Program-made: the position numbers and the translations under genes
In this document: piece after piece, positions 29,429 through 38,820 of the stretch
Layout of the letters: each line of letters starts with the position of its first letter
Numbering within the stretch: the first letter of the stretch is position 1
Assembly (NCBI GenBank): GCA_041663185.1
Contig: JBAZQY010000002.1
Location: forward strand, 152,496 to 216,495
Direction: 5' to 3'
Source: Minisyncoccota bacterium
GTDB taxonomy: Bacteria > Patescibacteriota > Minisyncoccia > Phycocordibacterales > UBA9973
Length of the DNA: 64,000 nucleotides
Notes under the pieces: model-generated
Databases searched by the model: none
What the model was told of the DNA's origin: nothing
What the model saw: the letters and a program-made list of their open reading frames with translations, nothing else

Positions 29429-31006
29429 TTACTCCATTGCTTTCATCATCTGTTTAGCCACAGCTTCTACTACTGGAACACTCACAGAGTTTCCAAATTG
29501 TTTATACAATGCAGAATCTGCTAAAGGAGGTAATTTAAAACTATTTGGAAATCCTTGTATTCTTGAACACTCAAGGGGTGTTAATTTTCTTATTCCTTTC
29601 TTATCTTTAATTATCGGAACATTGTGTCCACCCATTCCCATGTTAGCTGTAAGTGTAGGGCAAACTCCACTTTTATTCTCTCTGACATATTGTCTTCTCC
29701 ATTGATATACTTTTCCTTCTTCTTTTACATCTTTTTTTAGTTTTTCAAAAAGAGGCTTTCCGTTGTAATAGTATTTCTCAGAAACATTTTTCTCTAATAA
29801 ATCAGTAATTTTTACATTAAGTTTAATAGGCTCAGGAAATGTAAATTTATCTGAATACTCTTTATTTTTAAACCCAACGATATATATACGTTCACGATTT
29901 TGAGGGACATTACCATATTCCATTGTATTTAATACTTTTGCTTTAACATGATATCCTAAATCTTTTAGAGTTTCTTCAATTATTCTAAATGTGTTGCCTT
30001 CGTCATGGCTTTTTAGATTTTTTACATTTTCAAGTAAAAATCCTTCTGGATTTTTTGCTTTAATAATTTTGGCTATATCAAAGAATAAATTACCTCTATT
30101 TTTTGGATCATCAAATCCTTTACGATATCCTGCAATAGAAAAAGCCTGACAAGGGAAACCTCCTAATATAAAATCAAATTCTGGTAAATCATTAATCCCT
30201 ATTTTTCTTATATCTTCAACTATCAATTTTGAATCTTTAAAATTAAGATCATATGTTTGCTTACAGGGTGCATCAAAATCATTTGCAAAAACTGTTTTAA
30301 ATCCTGCATTTTCAAATCCCATTCTTATGCCACCTATTCCAGCAAATAGATCTATTGTTTTAAATCCGTGTTTTGTTTTCTTTTGAGGTTTTACTTCCTG
30401 TTCTATTTTTGGATTACTTATAATCTGAACAACTACACCACGAACTTCAACTTCTTTTCTGTAAAAAGGAAGCATTGATTGATTCCTAGGTTCTAGTCTA
30501 AATCTATTTTTATCTCGATATAGTTTTTTTAATGTTGCTTCATTGTCGTCAATAATAGCAACTACGGTTTGTCCGTTTTCAGCCACTGATTGCTTTTTTA
30601 TTATTACAATATCCCCATTAAATATTCCTTCTTCTATCATACTGTCTCCTTGGACTCTTAGTGCATAATAATCTTTAGGACTTTTAATATTTGAGTTAAT
30701 TATTGAAATGGCATCTTGTTTATCTTCAATCGCTTCTATTGGATAACCTGCTGCGATAGTTCCCATAACTGGTATTTCAATGATTTGAAAATTTTCTTTA
30801 TTAGTTTCTATACTTCTTGATAAATTATCAGACTTTGAAATGTAGCCTTTTTCTTTTAAAGCGTTTACATGTTCATGTACAGTAGAAATTGCTTTTAATT
30901 TAAATTTCTTTCGTATCTCGTCATTAGTAGGAGATATACCATTTTCATTGATATATGAGTTAATAAAATCCAGTATTAATTTTTGTTTTTTTGTTAGTGT
31001 TTGCAT
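29429..31006 (-). CDS. LexA repressor fused to DNA (cytosine-5)-methyltransferase
   Basis: N half: LTKKQ...SPT..EI wHTH, IAAG, GDSM, ATLKK. C half: DLFAGIGG, GFPCQ, ENV, QNRER, KQFGNSV. Start ATG 31006. Confidence 0.9.
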   Translation of the reverse strand: MQTLTKKQKLILDFINSYINENGISPTNDEIRKKFKLKAISTVHEHVNALKEKGYISKSDNLSRSIETNKENFQIIEIPVMGTIAAGYPIEAIEDKQDAISIINSNIKSPKDYYALRVQGDSMIEEGIFNGDIVIIKKQSVAENGQTVVAIIDDNEATLKKLYRDKNRFRLEPRNQSMLPFYRKEVEVRGVVVQIISNPKIEQEVKPQKKTKHGFKTIDLFAGIGGIRMGFENAGFKTVFANDFDAPCKQTYDLNFKDSKLIVEDIRKIGINDLPEFDFILGGFPCQAFSIAGYRKGFDDPKNRGNLFFDIAKIIKAKNPEGFLLENVKNLKSHDEGNTFRIIEETLKDLGYHVKAKVLNTMEYGNVPQNRERIYIVGFKNKEYSDKFTFPEPIKLNVKITDLLEKNVSEKYYYNGKPLFEKLKKDVKEEGKVYQWRRQYVRENKSGVCPTLTANMGMGGHNVPIIKDKKGIRKLTPLECSRIQGFPNSFKLPPLADSALYKQFGNSVSVPVVEAVAKQMMKAME

Positions 31007-31039
31007 ATTGCTAAATAATATATGTTTTGCTACAATTCT

Positions 31040-31069
31040 ATTATAACCGAATATATACCGAAAGTGCAA
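31040..31069 (-). promoter_or_regulatory. sigma70 promoter of lexA-MTase with direct-repeat candidate operator
   Basis: TTGCAC-18 nt-TATAAT; spacer holds TTCGGT-ATATA-TTCGGT. Confidence 0.6.
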
Positions 31070-31137
31070 GCAGTTACCTATAGATATTATAAATAACTGT
31101 TACAAGTCGAAATTTATTAAAAAATAAAACGATTTTT

Positions 31138-32040
31138 ATGTCATCAATTATTCAAGATTTACAAATTGAAGCTACAGATCAAAGTAACTCATGCTCAGAT
31201 TTATTAAGAAAAGCGAAGATTGTTGCTGTTAAACTCGATTTAGAAGAGTTTGCAGAGTGGATAGAAAAAGAATTAAATGGATACAAAGGTTTCTCAAATA
31301 AAGACCTCCCAGATTATAGAATAGTAAGTGGAGAACCAAAAGCTTGGAATCCATATCATGGCTGGCAACCTATTTTGTTTGGTGATACAGAGGCTGGAGA
31401 TATCATGGCAAAAAGAGGCGTAATGCAACCCATCGGTGAACTTGATGATCTTGCAAAAACAGATTCAAGTACTTTCATGATTGATTACAATACTTCTGCC
31501 AAAAAACAAATAATGGAGGCTATTGGCTTTGAAACAGATATAAAATTTATGATAGGTAGAACTGCCGTTACTGGGATCTTGGATGGTGTACGAAATTTAA
31601 TACTTGATTGGGCTTTAAGATTAGAAAAGGCAGGTGTAGCAGGAGAAGGTATTTCTTTTTCTAAAGAAGATAAAGAGAGAGCAAAAATAACTGGTGATAT
31701 CTATAATGTAGGTCATATCGAAAATTTTGCTGGTACATTAGGAAATGTGTCTGATGATGTTACTCTTAATGTTCATCAAATTAATACGAAATCAATAGAA
31801 GAAATAAAAAAATTAACTGATCAAATTAATAAATATACCCCAGATATTGACTTACCAATAGAAAGAAAAAGTGAAGTTAATGATATAGTTACAGAATTAA
31901 AGAATGAGCTTTCTAAAAAATCACCGGAACAATCCAATATAAAATTGGCATTAAGGTCGTTAAAAACTATTTTTGAAGCTGTAGCAGGAAATGTTATTGC
32001 ACAAGGTATTATTGTTGAGATTAGTAAGTATATTCACTAA
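31138..32040 (+). CDS. AbiTii-like domain protein
   Basis: SDLLRKAKIVAVKL...WIEKELNGY...LPDYR...NPYHGWQP N-terminal motif. Confidence 0.7.
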   Translation: MSSIIQDLQIEATDQSNSCSDLLRKAKIVAVKLDLEEFAEWIEKELNGYKGFSNKDLPDYRIVSGEPKAWNPYHGWQPILFGDTEAGDIMAKRGVMQPIGELDDLAKTDSSTFMIDYNTSAKKQIMEAIGFETDIKFMIGRTAVTGILDGVRNLILDWALRLEKAGVAGEGISFSKEDKERAKITGDIYNVGHIENFAGTLGNVSDDVTLNVHQINTKSIEEIKKLTDQINKYTPDIDLPIERKSEVNDIVTELKNELSKKSPEQSNIKLALRSLKTIFEAVAGNVIAQGIIVEISKYIH

Positions 32041-32044
32041 TTAA

Positions 32045-32689
32045 ATGAAATCCATAAAAGATTTTATCAATTTATTAAATCAAAACCTTGGCTTAATTCA
32101 AGCAATTTCAACAATTATACTTGTCATTATTACAGCATGGTATGCTATTTCTACTAAACGAATGGCAAATTTAATGAGAGCACAAATAACATCTAAAATT
32201 AAGATAGAAAATACATCAATAGGTTCACAGTTTAATGAAGATTGGATATTAAAACACGGTTTTGATAAAAATAGTTTCTTAACAATAAAAGCTATTTTTG
32301 ATATCAGAAATGAAGGAAATGCCTCAGGTAGTATTTATAAACCGTCTTTAGAGATTAGTCTTCCTGTAATTAATTTATCTTTTAAAATTGGTCCAAAAAC
32401 TAAATCCTATGAAGATTATAATTTTAAATCAAATGGCAATATGACTTCTTATGATACTAGAACGATAAATCATGGAACTTCAATATTTTTGCAAGGCGGT
32501 GGTTCAGAAAGAATAGAACTTAATTATCACTTTGACATCAATACAGATGATAAGCTAAATTTTACAAATGAAGCTAAAAAGAATCCGTCTAATATTAAAT
32601 ATTATTTAATTACAATCGATAATTTTGGAAGAGAACATAAGATTTTAGTTTCTGATATAAAAGAAGAAAGAAATTTTGGACTTAAATAA
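32045..32689 (+). CDS. membrane-anchored hypothetical protein
   Basis: N-terminal TM (STIILVIITAWYA); 4 nt downstream of the AbiTii-like gene. Confidence 0.6.
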   Translation: MKSIKDFINLLNQNLGLIQAISTIILVIITAWYAISTKRMANLMRAQITSKIKIENTSIGSQFNEDWILKHGFDKNSFLTIKAIFDIRNEGNASGSIYKPSLEISLPVINLSFKIGPKTKSYEDYNFKSNGNMTSYDTRTINHGTSIFLQGGGSERIELNYHFDINTDDKLNFTNEAKKNPSNIKYYLITIDNFGREHKILVSDIKEERNFGLK

Positions 32690-32748
32690 TACATAAAAAG
32701 AAAGCTCCCAAAGAAAGCGGGAGCTTTCTTTGGGAGCGATGTTTTAAT

Positions 32749-33402
32749 TTACTTCGTAACTAACCATGCACGTGACCAGATTCGGCAAATGTGATAATAG
32801 TCATTTTCAAGCATGAAACCGAAAGACAATTCTTCGCGCATGAAATGTCCATCTCCACCAAAAAGTCCACTGAGTCCTTTTTCTTTGTCTTGCGTAAATG
32901 AAGTACCCCAACGCTTACGTTCACTTTCGATAAATAGCCAGAGAGTTTCTACGACGGTCATTTGTTGATCAACGAAATTATCATATTCGTTTTCGTCTTT
33001 TATTGCACCGAACAAATAACGCAATCCAAATTTGGGAACAACCCTAATTTGCGTAATATAACCATCTTTGCCTGGTTTTTCAGATTCAGCACCAAATAAT
33101 GCAAAATCTTTTCCTGGATTAACAACCTGAGCAGATTGAATATCCATTATGCGCACCAAAGCTTCAAAGTCTGCTTTTGTAATGGAGTTATCGAAATAAA
33201 CAATTCCTCCACAAGCATCTTGTTCTGGGGCTCCTAAAAATGGATTCCCGTCATTTCTTTTTTGATAACCATAAAAACTGTTACCCATTGGAGCAAATTT
33301 TGAAAGATCTCCTGGTTCAACTTTAAGTTTATTATCGGAATAGATTAGTGGTGAAATACGAACTTTATCACCCATGTCAAAAATAATTCTTGTCGTTTCC
33401 AT
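32749..33402 (-). CDS. hypothetical protein
   Basis: 217-aa ORF, no recognised motif. Confidence 0.6.
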   Translation of the reverse strand: METTRIIFDMGDKVRISPLIYSDNKLKVEPGDLSKFAPMGNSFYGYQKRNDGNPFLGAPEQDACGGIVYFDNSITKADFEALVRIMDIQSAQVVNPGKDFALFGAESEKPGKDGYITQIRVVPKFGLRYLFGAIKDENEYDNFVDQQMTVVETLWLFIESERKRWGTSFTQDKEKGLSGLFGGDGHFMREELSFGFMLENDYYHICRIWSRAWLVTK

Positions 33403-33579
33403 GTTAATAACATTTTAGATTTAATTGATTATCACAAAAGACTTTTATAAATCTTCTCTAATAATCAATCAAATCTAATTTCAAAGAACTAACCTTATCT
33501 ATACATTATACTCCTTTTTGAGTTAAATGTCAAGCTCTGAAACCCCCTATATTTAAGCCCTATTTGTTATAATCTATAT

Positions 33580-34137
33580 ATGTCAGATGAAATCACACCA
33601 AAGGAAGAAGTAACGGTAGAAGCTCCAATTGAGCCTGTTCCCGCTTCTGTAAAAGACTCCAGCGAGGCAATGTCTGAGCCTATAGAAACTATTCCCTCAG
33701 AACCAGAGATTCCAGCTGTTGAACCAAAACCAACTCTAAATTCCACTATGGAATCGGGTGCAACGGCTCAAATACCAGGAAATGAGCCGTTGGACACACC
33801 AGAGGAGAAACCTCTGGCTCCGTCTGAACCTAAAAAAGAAATCCCATTAGAGCCAACGAGTCCACAAGTGAACCCTGCCTCTAATGGGACAGGGAAAAAT
33901 CTAGCTCGTGAGTTACTTGTACAAGCTAAAAATGCAATCCAATCTAGAAAAAGAAAAAAGTTGGATAAAATTATGACTTTGTTTGCGAAGCAAACAAAGA
34001 TAACAAACGACGAAGTTGAGAAACTTCTTCATGTCTCGGATGCAACAGCAACTCGGTATTTATCGCAACTAGAAAAAGAAGGAAAAATAAAACAAAACGG
34101 AAAAATAGGAAAATCTGTATTTTATTTCAGAATTTAA
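33580..34137 (+). CDS. Pro/Glu-rich protein with C-terminal winged HTH
   Basis: Low-complexity N-terminus; ITNDEVEKLLHVSDATATRYLSQLEKEG. Confidence 0.7.
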   Translation: MSDEITPKEEVTVEAPIEPVPASVKDSSEAMSEPIETIPSEPEIPAVEPKPTLNSTMESGATAQIPGNEPLDTPEEKPLAPSEPKKEIPLEPTSPQVNPASNGTGKNLARELLVQAKNAIQSRKRKKLDKIMTLFAKQTKITNDEVEKLLHVSDATATRYLSQLEKEGKIKQNGKIGKSVFYFRI

Positions 34138-34180
34138 TTTCAGTCTTTAAATACTAATCTTTTCGTGTTATAATCAATAA

Positions 34181-34870
34181 ATGCAGGATTTAGGAACACT
34201 ATATATCGTGGCGACGCCGATTGGGAATATGGAAGATATTACTCTTAGGGCAATTCGGGTGCTGAAGGAGGTGGATTATATTTTGTGTGAAGACACTCGG
34301 ACGACGCAGAATTTACTGAATAAATATGACATTAAAACAAAAACGATGAGTTACAATACTCATAGCACTGAAAACAAAGAATCGGTTGTTATTAATTTGA
34401 TAAAGGCTGGGCAAAGTTTTGCCCTAGTGTCTGATGCTGGAACTCCTTGTATATCTGATCCGGGAGTCCTTCTGATATCTAATATAAGAAAAGAATTTGG
34501 AAAAGAGGCCAAAGTCTCGCCAATTCCTGGACCAAGCGCTTTGATCTCGGCACTTTCAGCCAGTGGTATTTCATCGGCGGAATTTATTTTTCTTGGTTTT
34601 CTGCCACACAAAAAGGGGAGGCAAAAATTATTTAAAGAAATAAAAGAAACGGATAGAGTAGTAGTTTTTTATGAATCAACTCATCGAATTTTGAAAACTC
34701 TTGAATCGCTCGATACTTTTGTCCCCAAAAGAGAAGTCATGATTGCTCGCGAAATTACAAAAAAGTTTGAAGAATTTGTCAAAGGGACACCAAAAGAATT
34801 ATTGGAACATCTTAATAGTGATAAAGATAAGCAAAAGGGGGAGTTTGTCGTGATTGTTTCTCCTTCATAA
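34181..34870 (+). CDS. rsmI: 16S rRNA C1402 2'-O-methyltransferase
   Basis: LYIVATPIGNMEDITLRA, CEDTR, SDAGTP, REITKKFEE, KGEFV. Confidence 0.95.
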   Translation: MQDLGTLYIVATPIGNMEDITLRAIRVLKEVDYILCEDTRTTQNLLNKYDIKTKTMSYNTHSTENKESVVINLIKAGQSFALVSDAGTPCISDPGVLLISNIRKEFGKEAKVSPIPGPSALISALSASGISSAEFIFLGFLPHKKGRQKLFKEIKETDRVVVFYESTHRILKTLESLDTFVPKREVMIAREITKKFEEFVKGTPKELLEHLNSDKDKQKGEFVVIVSPS

Positions 34871-34888
34871 ATGGAGTATAATAAAAGA

Positions 34889-35104
34889 ATGAGAAAAGAA
34901 AAAACTTTATTTATTATTGGCTTGTGGGTAATGTTGTTGCCCTTTTTAGGTTTTCCTAATTCTTGGCGAAAGATATTATTTCTCATAACTGGGTTAGCCA
35001 TTATATATCTGGCATATCTATTTTATTTAGAAATTAAAGCGCGCCTATCTAAAGATACGAATCATAGTAAAACATTTGTAGACAATATCGGTAGTGGAGA
35101 ATAA
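34889..35104 (+). CDS. small membrane protein
   Basis: Two TM segments; TATAAT 6 nt before ATG 34889. Confidence 0.6.
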   Translation: MRKEKTLFIIGLWVMLLPFLGFPNSWRKILFLITGLAIIYLAYLFYLEIKARLSKDTNHSKTFVDNIGSGE

Positions 35105-35106
35105 AT

Positions 35107-36336
35107 ATGCTATCTAAAAAAAAGATAAAAGTAATTTTTATAACTGGCCTCGCATTGGTATTATGCGGGGTAATTGTTTTTTATATTTTGCCATTAGTTT
35201 ACGGAAGTAATATAGAGTATGACCAGAATAAAGATTCATCTATCAGTGATAAAAATAATTTAAAAAATAGTGATGATAAGATTGAGAAAGAGAACTTGGT
35301 CAAAAGTGAAAATGCCCAAGCACTTATTCCGGTGACTCATATTGCCACCCCGGAGCACGTCCGAGCACTTTATATGTCTGGTTGGGTTGCTGGCTCAGAA
35401 GATTTTCGTAATTCATTAGTAAAAATTGTCGATCAGACAGAGTTAAATGCTGTGGTCATTGATATAAAAGATTCAACGGGGCGAATTAGTTTTGCCACGG
35501 ACAATTTGGAGATTCAAGAAATGGGGAGTTCAGAAAACCGTATAAAAAATATTCGTGCACTTACTTCACTACTTCACTCTAAGAATATTTATATCATCGG
35601 CCGTGTTTCAGTTTTTCAAGATCCATATCTGACAAAGTTAAAACCAGCCTGGGCGATAAAAAGATTGAGTGATGGGGGAGTCTGGAAAGATCGTAAGGGT
35701 TTATCATTTCTTGATCCAACAAATAAAAATGTTCATGATTACATTTTAGATATTTCTTTGTATTCTTATAGTGTTGGGTTTGATGAAATAAATTTTGATT
35801 ATATCAGGTATCCTTCTGATGGAAATATGAAAGATATTAATTATAATTTAGCAACTGGAGAAACTCGTTCAGATAATATGGAAAAGTTTTTTAAATATCT
35901 CAGAACTGAAATTAAAAAAGTAGATAACATTCCTATTTCAGCTGATCTCTTTGGGCTAACAACAGAAGCCAAAGATGATATGGGTATTGGTCAAGTTTGG
36001 GAGAAAACTATACCGTATTTTGATTTTGTTTGTCCGATGGTTTATCCATCTCATTATCCTCCTGGACATGCCGGATACAAAAACCCCGCTCTTTATCCAT
36101 ATGAAGTCATAAACAGAGCCCTGGCTAGTGCTGTAGTCAAAACTAAGGCCATTAATCAAGACCCCAAGAAAATCCGCCCATGGCTTCAAGATTTTGACTT
36201 AGGGGCTACATATACAAAAGAATTGGTTAGAGCTCAAATGAAAGCTACATATGATAATGGTTTAAATTCGTGGATGTTATGGGATCCAAGCAATAAATAC
36301 ACTCCTTCCGCATTAGAGGTTGAAACAATAAATTAA
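35107..36336 (+). CDS. putative glycoside hydrolase (DUF4015-like)
   Basis: NAVVIDIKD, GFDEINFDYIRYP, PMVYPSHY, RPWLQDF. Confidence 0.75.
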   Translation: MLSKKKIKVIFITGLALVLCGVIVFYILPLVYGSNIEYDQNKDSSISDKNNLKNSDDKIEKENLVKSENAQALIPVTHIATPEHVRALYMSGWVAGSEDFRNSLVKIVDQTELNAVVIDIKDSTGRISFATDNLEIQEMGSSENRIKNIRALTSLLHSKNIYIIGRVSVFQDPYLTKLKPAWAIKRLSDGGVWKDRKGLSFLDPTNKNVHDYILDISLYSYSVGFDEINFDYIRYPSDGNMKDINYNLATGETRSDNMEKFFKYLRTEIKKVDNIPISADLFGLTTEAKDDMGIGQVWEKTIPYFDFVCPMVYPSHYPPGHAGYKNPALYPYEVINRALASAVVKTKAINQDPKKIRPWLQDFDLGATYTKELVRAQMKATYDNGLNSWMLWDPSNKYTPSALEVETIN

Positions 36337-36360
36337 TTTTGTAATAATAAAGATAGAATT

Positions 36361-37578
36361 ATGAAATATAAAATTTTAAAACAATTTGGTTATGTAATTA
36401 TTTCCTTGATAATTATTACTGGAATTTTAGGATTGGGTGTTTATCTTGGATATTCACATCGCCCAGAAATAGACAAAGTCACATCTATTATCAATAAAAC
36501 TCCACAAGTAGAAACAACAGCGGATTTTAATTCATTTTGGAAAGTCTGGAATATTTTAAATGAGAAATCTATTTATAATGACCAGATAAAAGATCAAGAT
36601 CGTGTCTGGGGAGCCATCTCGGGGCTGGCTTCTTCACTTGGAGATCCATATACAGTCTTCTTTCCACCGAAAGAGAATAAAGAGTTCACCGAAGAGATTT
36701 TGGGCTCATTTGATGGTATTGGAGCGGAGATAGGAATGAAAGAAAATATCTTGACGATTATTGCTCCACTCAAGGATACTCCAGCATGGAAAGCAGGTAT
36801 CAAGAGTGGAGATAAAATTATAAAAATAAATAAAGAAAGTACAGTTGATATGACAGTTGATGAAGCGATTGATTTAATTCGAGGGCCTGCCGGGACTACT
36901 GTGAGCTTAACGATTCTTCGATTGGGAGAAAATGAAGCCCGTGAATTTGTTGTTGCTCGAGAAAGTATCGCTGTGCCAACTTTAGATACGAATTTACGAG
37001 ATGATGGAATTTTTGTTATTACCCTGTACAGTTTTTCTGAAAACTCTTCTAATTTGTTTAGAGAAGCATTGATGAAATTTATTGATTCTGGTTCCAGCAA
37101 ACTTATCTTGGATTTACGTGGTAACCCTGGTGGTTATCTGGATTCAGCTGTGAATATTGGCTCATGGTTTATTGATGAAGGTAAAACGATTCTGAGTGAA
37201 GATTTTGCTGATGGGCGTGAACCTAAAACTTATCGCAGTCGTGGTCCGCGTTTGTTCAATGAGCATCTTTCACTCATCGTGCTTGTCGATGGAGGTTCTG
37301 CTTCTGCTTCTGAAATTTTAGCCGGAGCTCTTCGAGAGCATAATATTGCGACTTTGGTTGGAGAAAAGACTTTTGGTAAAGGTTCTGTCCAAGAATTAAT
37401 AAAGATCACCGATGAGACATCTCTCAAGGTTACTGTTGCGAACTGGCTTACTCCCAACGGCGTTTCTATTTCTCTCGAAGGACTTACTCCAGATATTATT
37501 GTGCCTTATACCCAGAAAGATTATGAGGCTAAAAAAGACCCACAAATGGATAAAGCGATTGAAATATTATTAAAATAA
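36361..37578 (+). CDS. ctpA: S41 carboxy-terminal processing protease
   Basis: PDZ GIGAEI, LDLRGNPGG, SASASEI, TFGKGSVQ. Confidence 0.9.
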   Translation: MKYKILKQFGYVIISLIIITGILGLGVYLGYSHRPEIDKVTSIINKTPQVETTADFNSFWKVWNILNEKSIYNDQIKDQDRVWGAISGLASSLGDPYTVFFPPKENKEFTEEILGSFDGIGAEIGMKENILTIIAPLKDTPAWKAGIKSGDKIIKINKESTVDMTVDEAIDLIRGPAGTTVSLTILRLGENEAREFVVARESIAVPTLDTNLRDDGIFVITLYSFSENSSNLFREALMKFIDSGSSKLILDLRGNPGGYLDSAVNIGSWFIDEGKTILSEDFADGREPKTYRSRGPRLFNEHLSLIVLVDGGSASASEILAGALREHNIATLVGEKTFGKGSVQELIKITDETSLKVTVANWLTPNGVSISLEGLTPDIIVPYTQKDYEAKKDPQMDKAIEILLK

Positions 37579-37585
37579 AAAAATT

Positions 37586-38023
37586 ATGAAAGTTATCTTA
37601 CTTACAGATATCCCAAAAGTTGGAAATAAATATGATGTTAAAGATTTCAAAGAGGGCTATGCTCAGAATGTTCTTCTAGCTAAAGGGTTAGCAATTCTAG
37701 CGACTCCAGTCGAGCTTGCAAAATTAGAAGCCAGAAAAAGACAGACAGAAAAAAAGAGGGAAGAAGAAATGAAATCTTTTATAGAATTGATTGCAACTGT
37801 GGGCAATAAAGTGATTACCATAAAAGCCAAAGCCAACGATAAGGGGCATTTATTTAAAGCGGTTGGTCCTAAAGATGTTGTTGTTGCAATTAAAGAAATT
37901 GCTGGAGTAGAAATAGATGAAAAATCTATCATAATGGAACACATTAAAACTCTTGGCACTTATAAAATTTCTATAAAAAAAGGTGATCAGAAAGGGGAGT
38001 GTGAAATTTTAATAATAAGATAA
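37586..38023 (+). CDS. rplI: 50S ribosomal protein L9
   Basis: MKVILL.D...G...GYAQN.L, G.LF.AV, IKTLGTY. Confidence 0.9.
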   Translation: MKVILLTDIPKVGNKYDVKDFKEGYAQNVLLAKGLAILATPVELAKLEARKRQTEKKREEEMKSFIELIATVGNKVITIKAKANDKGHLFKAVGPKDVVVAIKEIAGVEIDEKSIIMEHIKTLGTYKISIKKGDQKGECEILIIR

Positions 38024-38052
38024 AAAAATTCCCGATATATCGGGAATTTTTT
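38023..38052. terminator. bidirectional terminator rplI/rpmA
   Basis: AAAAAATTCCCGATATATCGGGAATTTTTT. Confidence 0.7.
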
Positions 38053-38053
38053 G

Positions 38054-38326
38054 TTAGATTACGTGGACGATTTTTTTGACTGATGATGAGCGGTTGAAAT
38101 TTATTTTTCTTTTTGTTCCATATTTTATAGTACCTTCTTTAAGAGCAAAAAGAGTATGATCTTTGCCAAGACCGACATTGTTTCCTGGAAGAATTTTTGT
38201 ACCACGTTGTCGGATAATGATTGAACCAGCTTTTGCTTTTTCACCAGCGTAAAGTTTCGTACCTAAGTACTTTGGATTTGAGTCTGTTAAGTTTTTGGCC
38301 GAACCCCCGGCCTTTCTATGTGCCAT
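38054..38326 (-). CDS. rpmA: 50S ribosomal protein L27
   Basis: [26 protein letters not shown]. Confidence 0.97.
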   Translation of the reverse strand: MAHRKAGGSAKNLTDSNPKYLGTKLYAGEKAKAGSIIIRQRGTKILPGNNVGLGKDHTLFALKEGTIKYGTKRKINFNRSSSVKKIVHVI

Positions 38327-38419
38327 GAAATGTTTATTAGTAGTTTACTGGCTAATGACAGGATTTTATCCTCAGAAAGGACTAGCAAACTACATTTGAA
38401 TAAATTATAATTGAACTGT

Positions 38420-38812
38420 ATGAGTATATCTGATTTTTTATATAAAATCAAGAGCCAAATTGACATTGACAAGATTACTTTTTTGTATCTTTGTATAATA
38501 ATAGGGGTGGGGATTAGTGCTTTTGGTTTGGGTCGGCTATCTGTCGATAATAATTCCGAGAGAAGCAATAATATAATTATTACAGAAAATGACAACTTAT
38601 TACTTAGGCAAGATAAAAATAATTCTGATGATTACCTGACGCCATCCATGCAATCAGCCGAGAGAAGGTATGTGGCCTCAAAAAATGGTAAAATGTATTA
38701 TAGTCCTGGTTGTAGTGGAGCTAAAAGAATTAAACCAGAAAATGAAGTTTGGTTTAGCACGACGGAAGAAGCTGAAAAATCCGGTTATGAATTATCTGTT
38801 CTGTGTAAATAA
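38420..38812 (+). CDS. membrane protein with C-terminal Ada-like metal-binding region
   Basis: TM, then YVASKNGKMYY.PGC..AKRI...F....AEKSGY...C. Confidence 0.65.
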   Translation: MSISDFLYKIKSQIDIDKITFLYLCIIIGVGISAFGLGRLSVDNNSERSNNIIITENDNLLLRQDKNNSDDYLTPSMQSAERRYVASKNGKMYYSPGCSGAKRIKPENEVWFSTTEEAEKSGYELSVLCK

Positions 38813-38820
38813 ATAAACAA

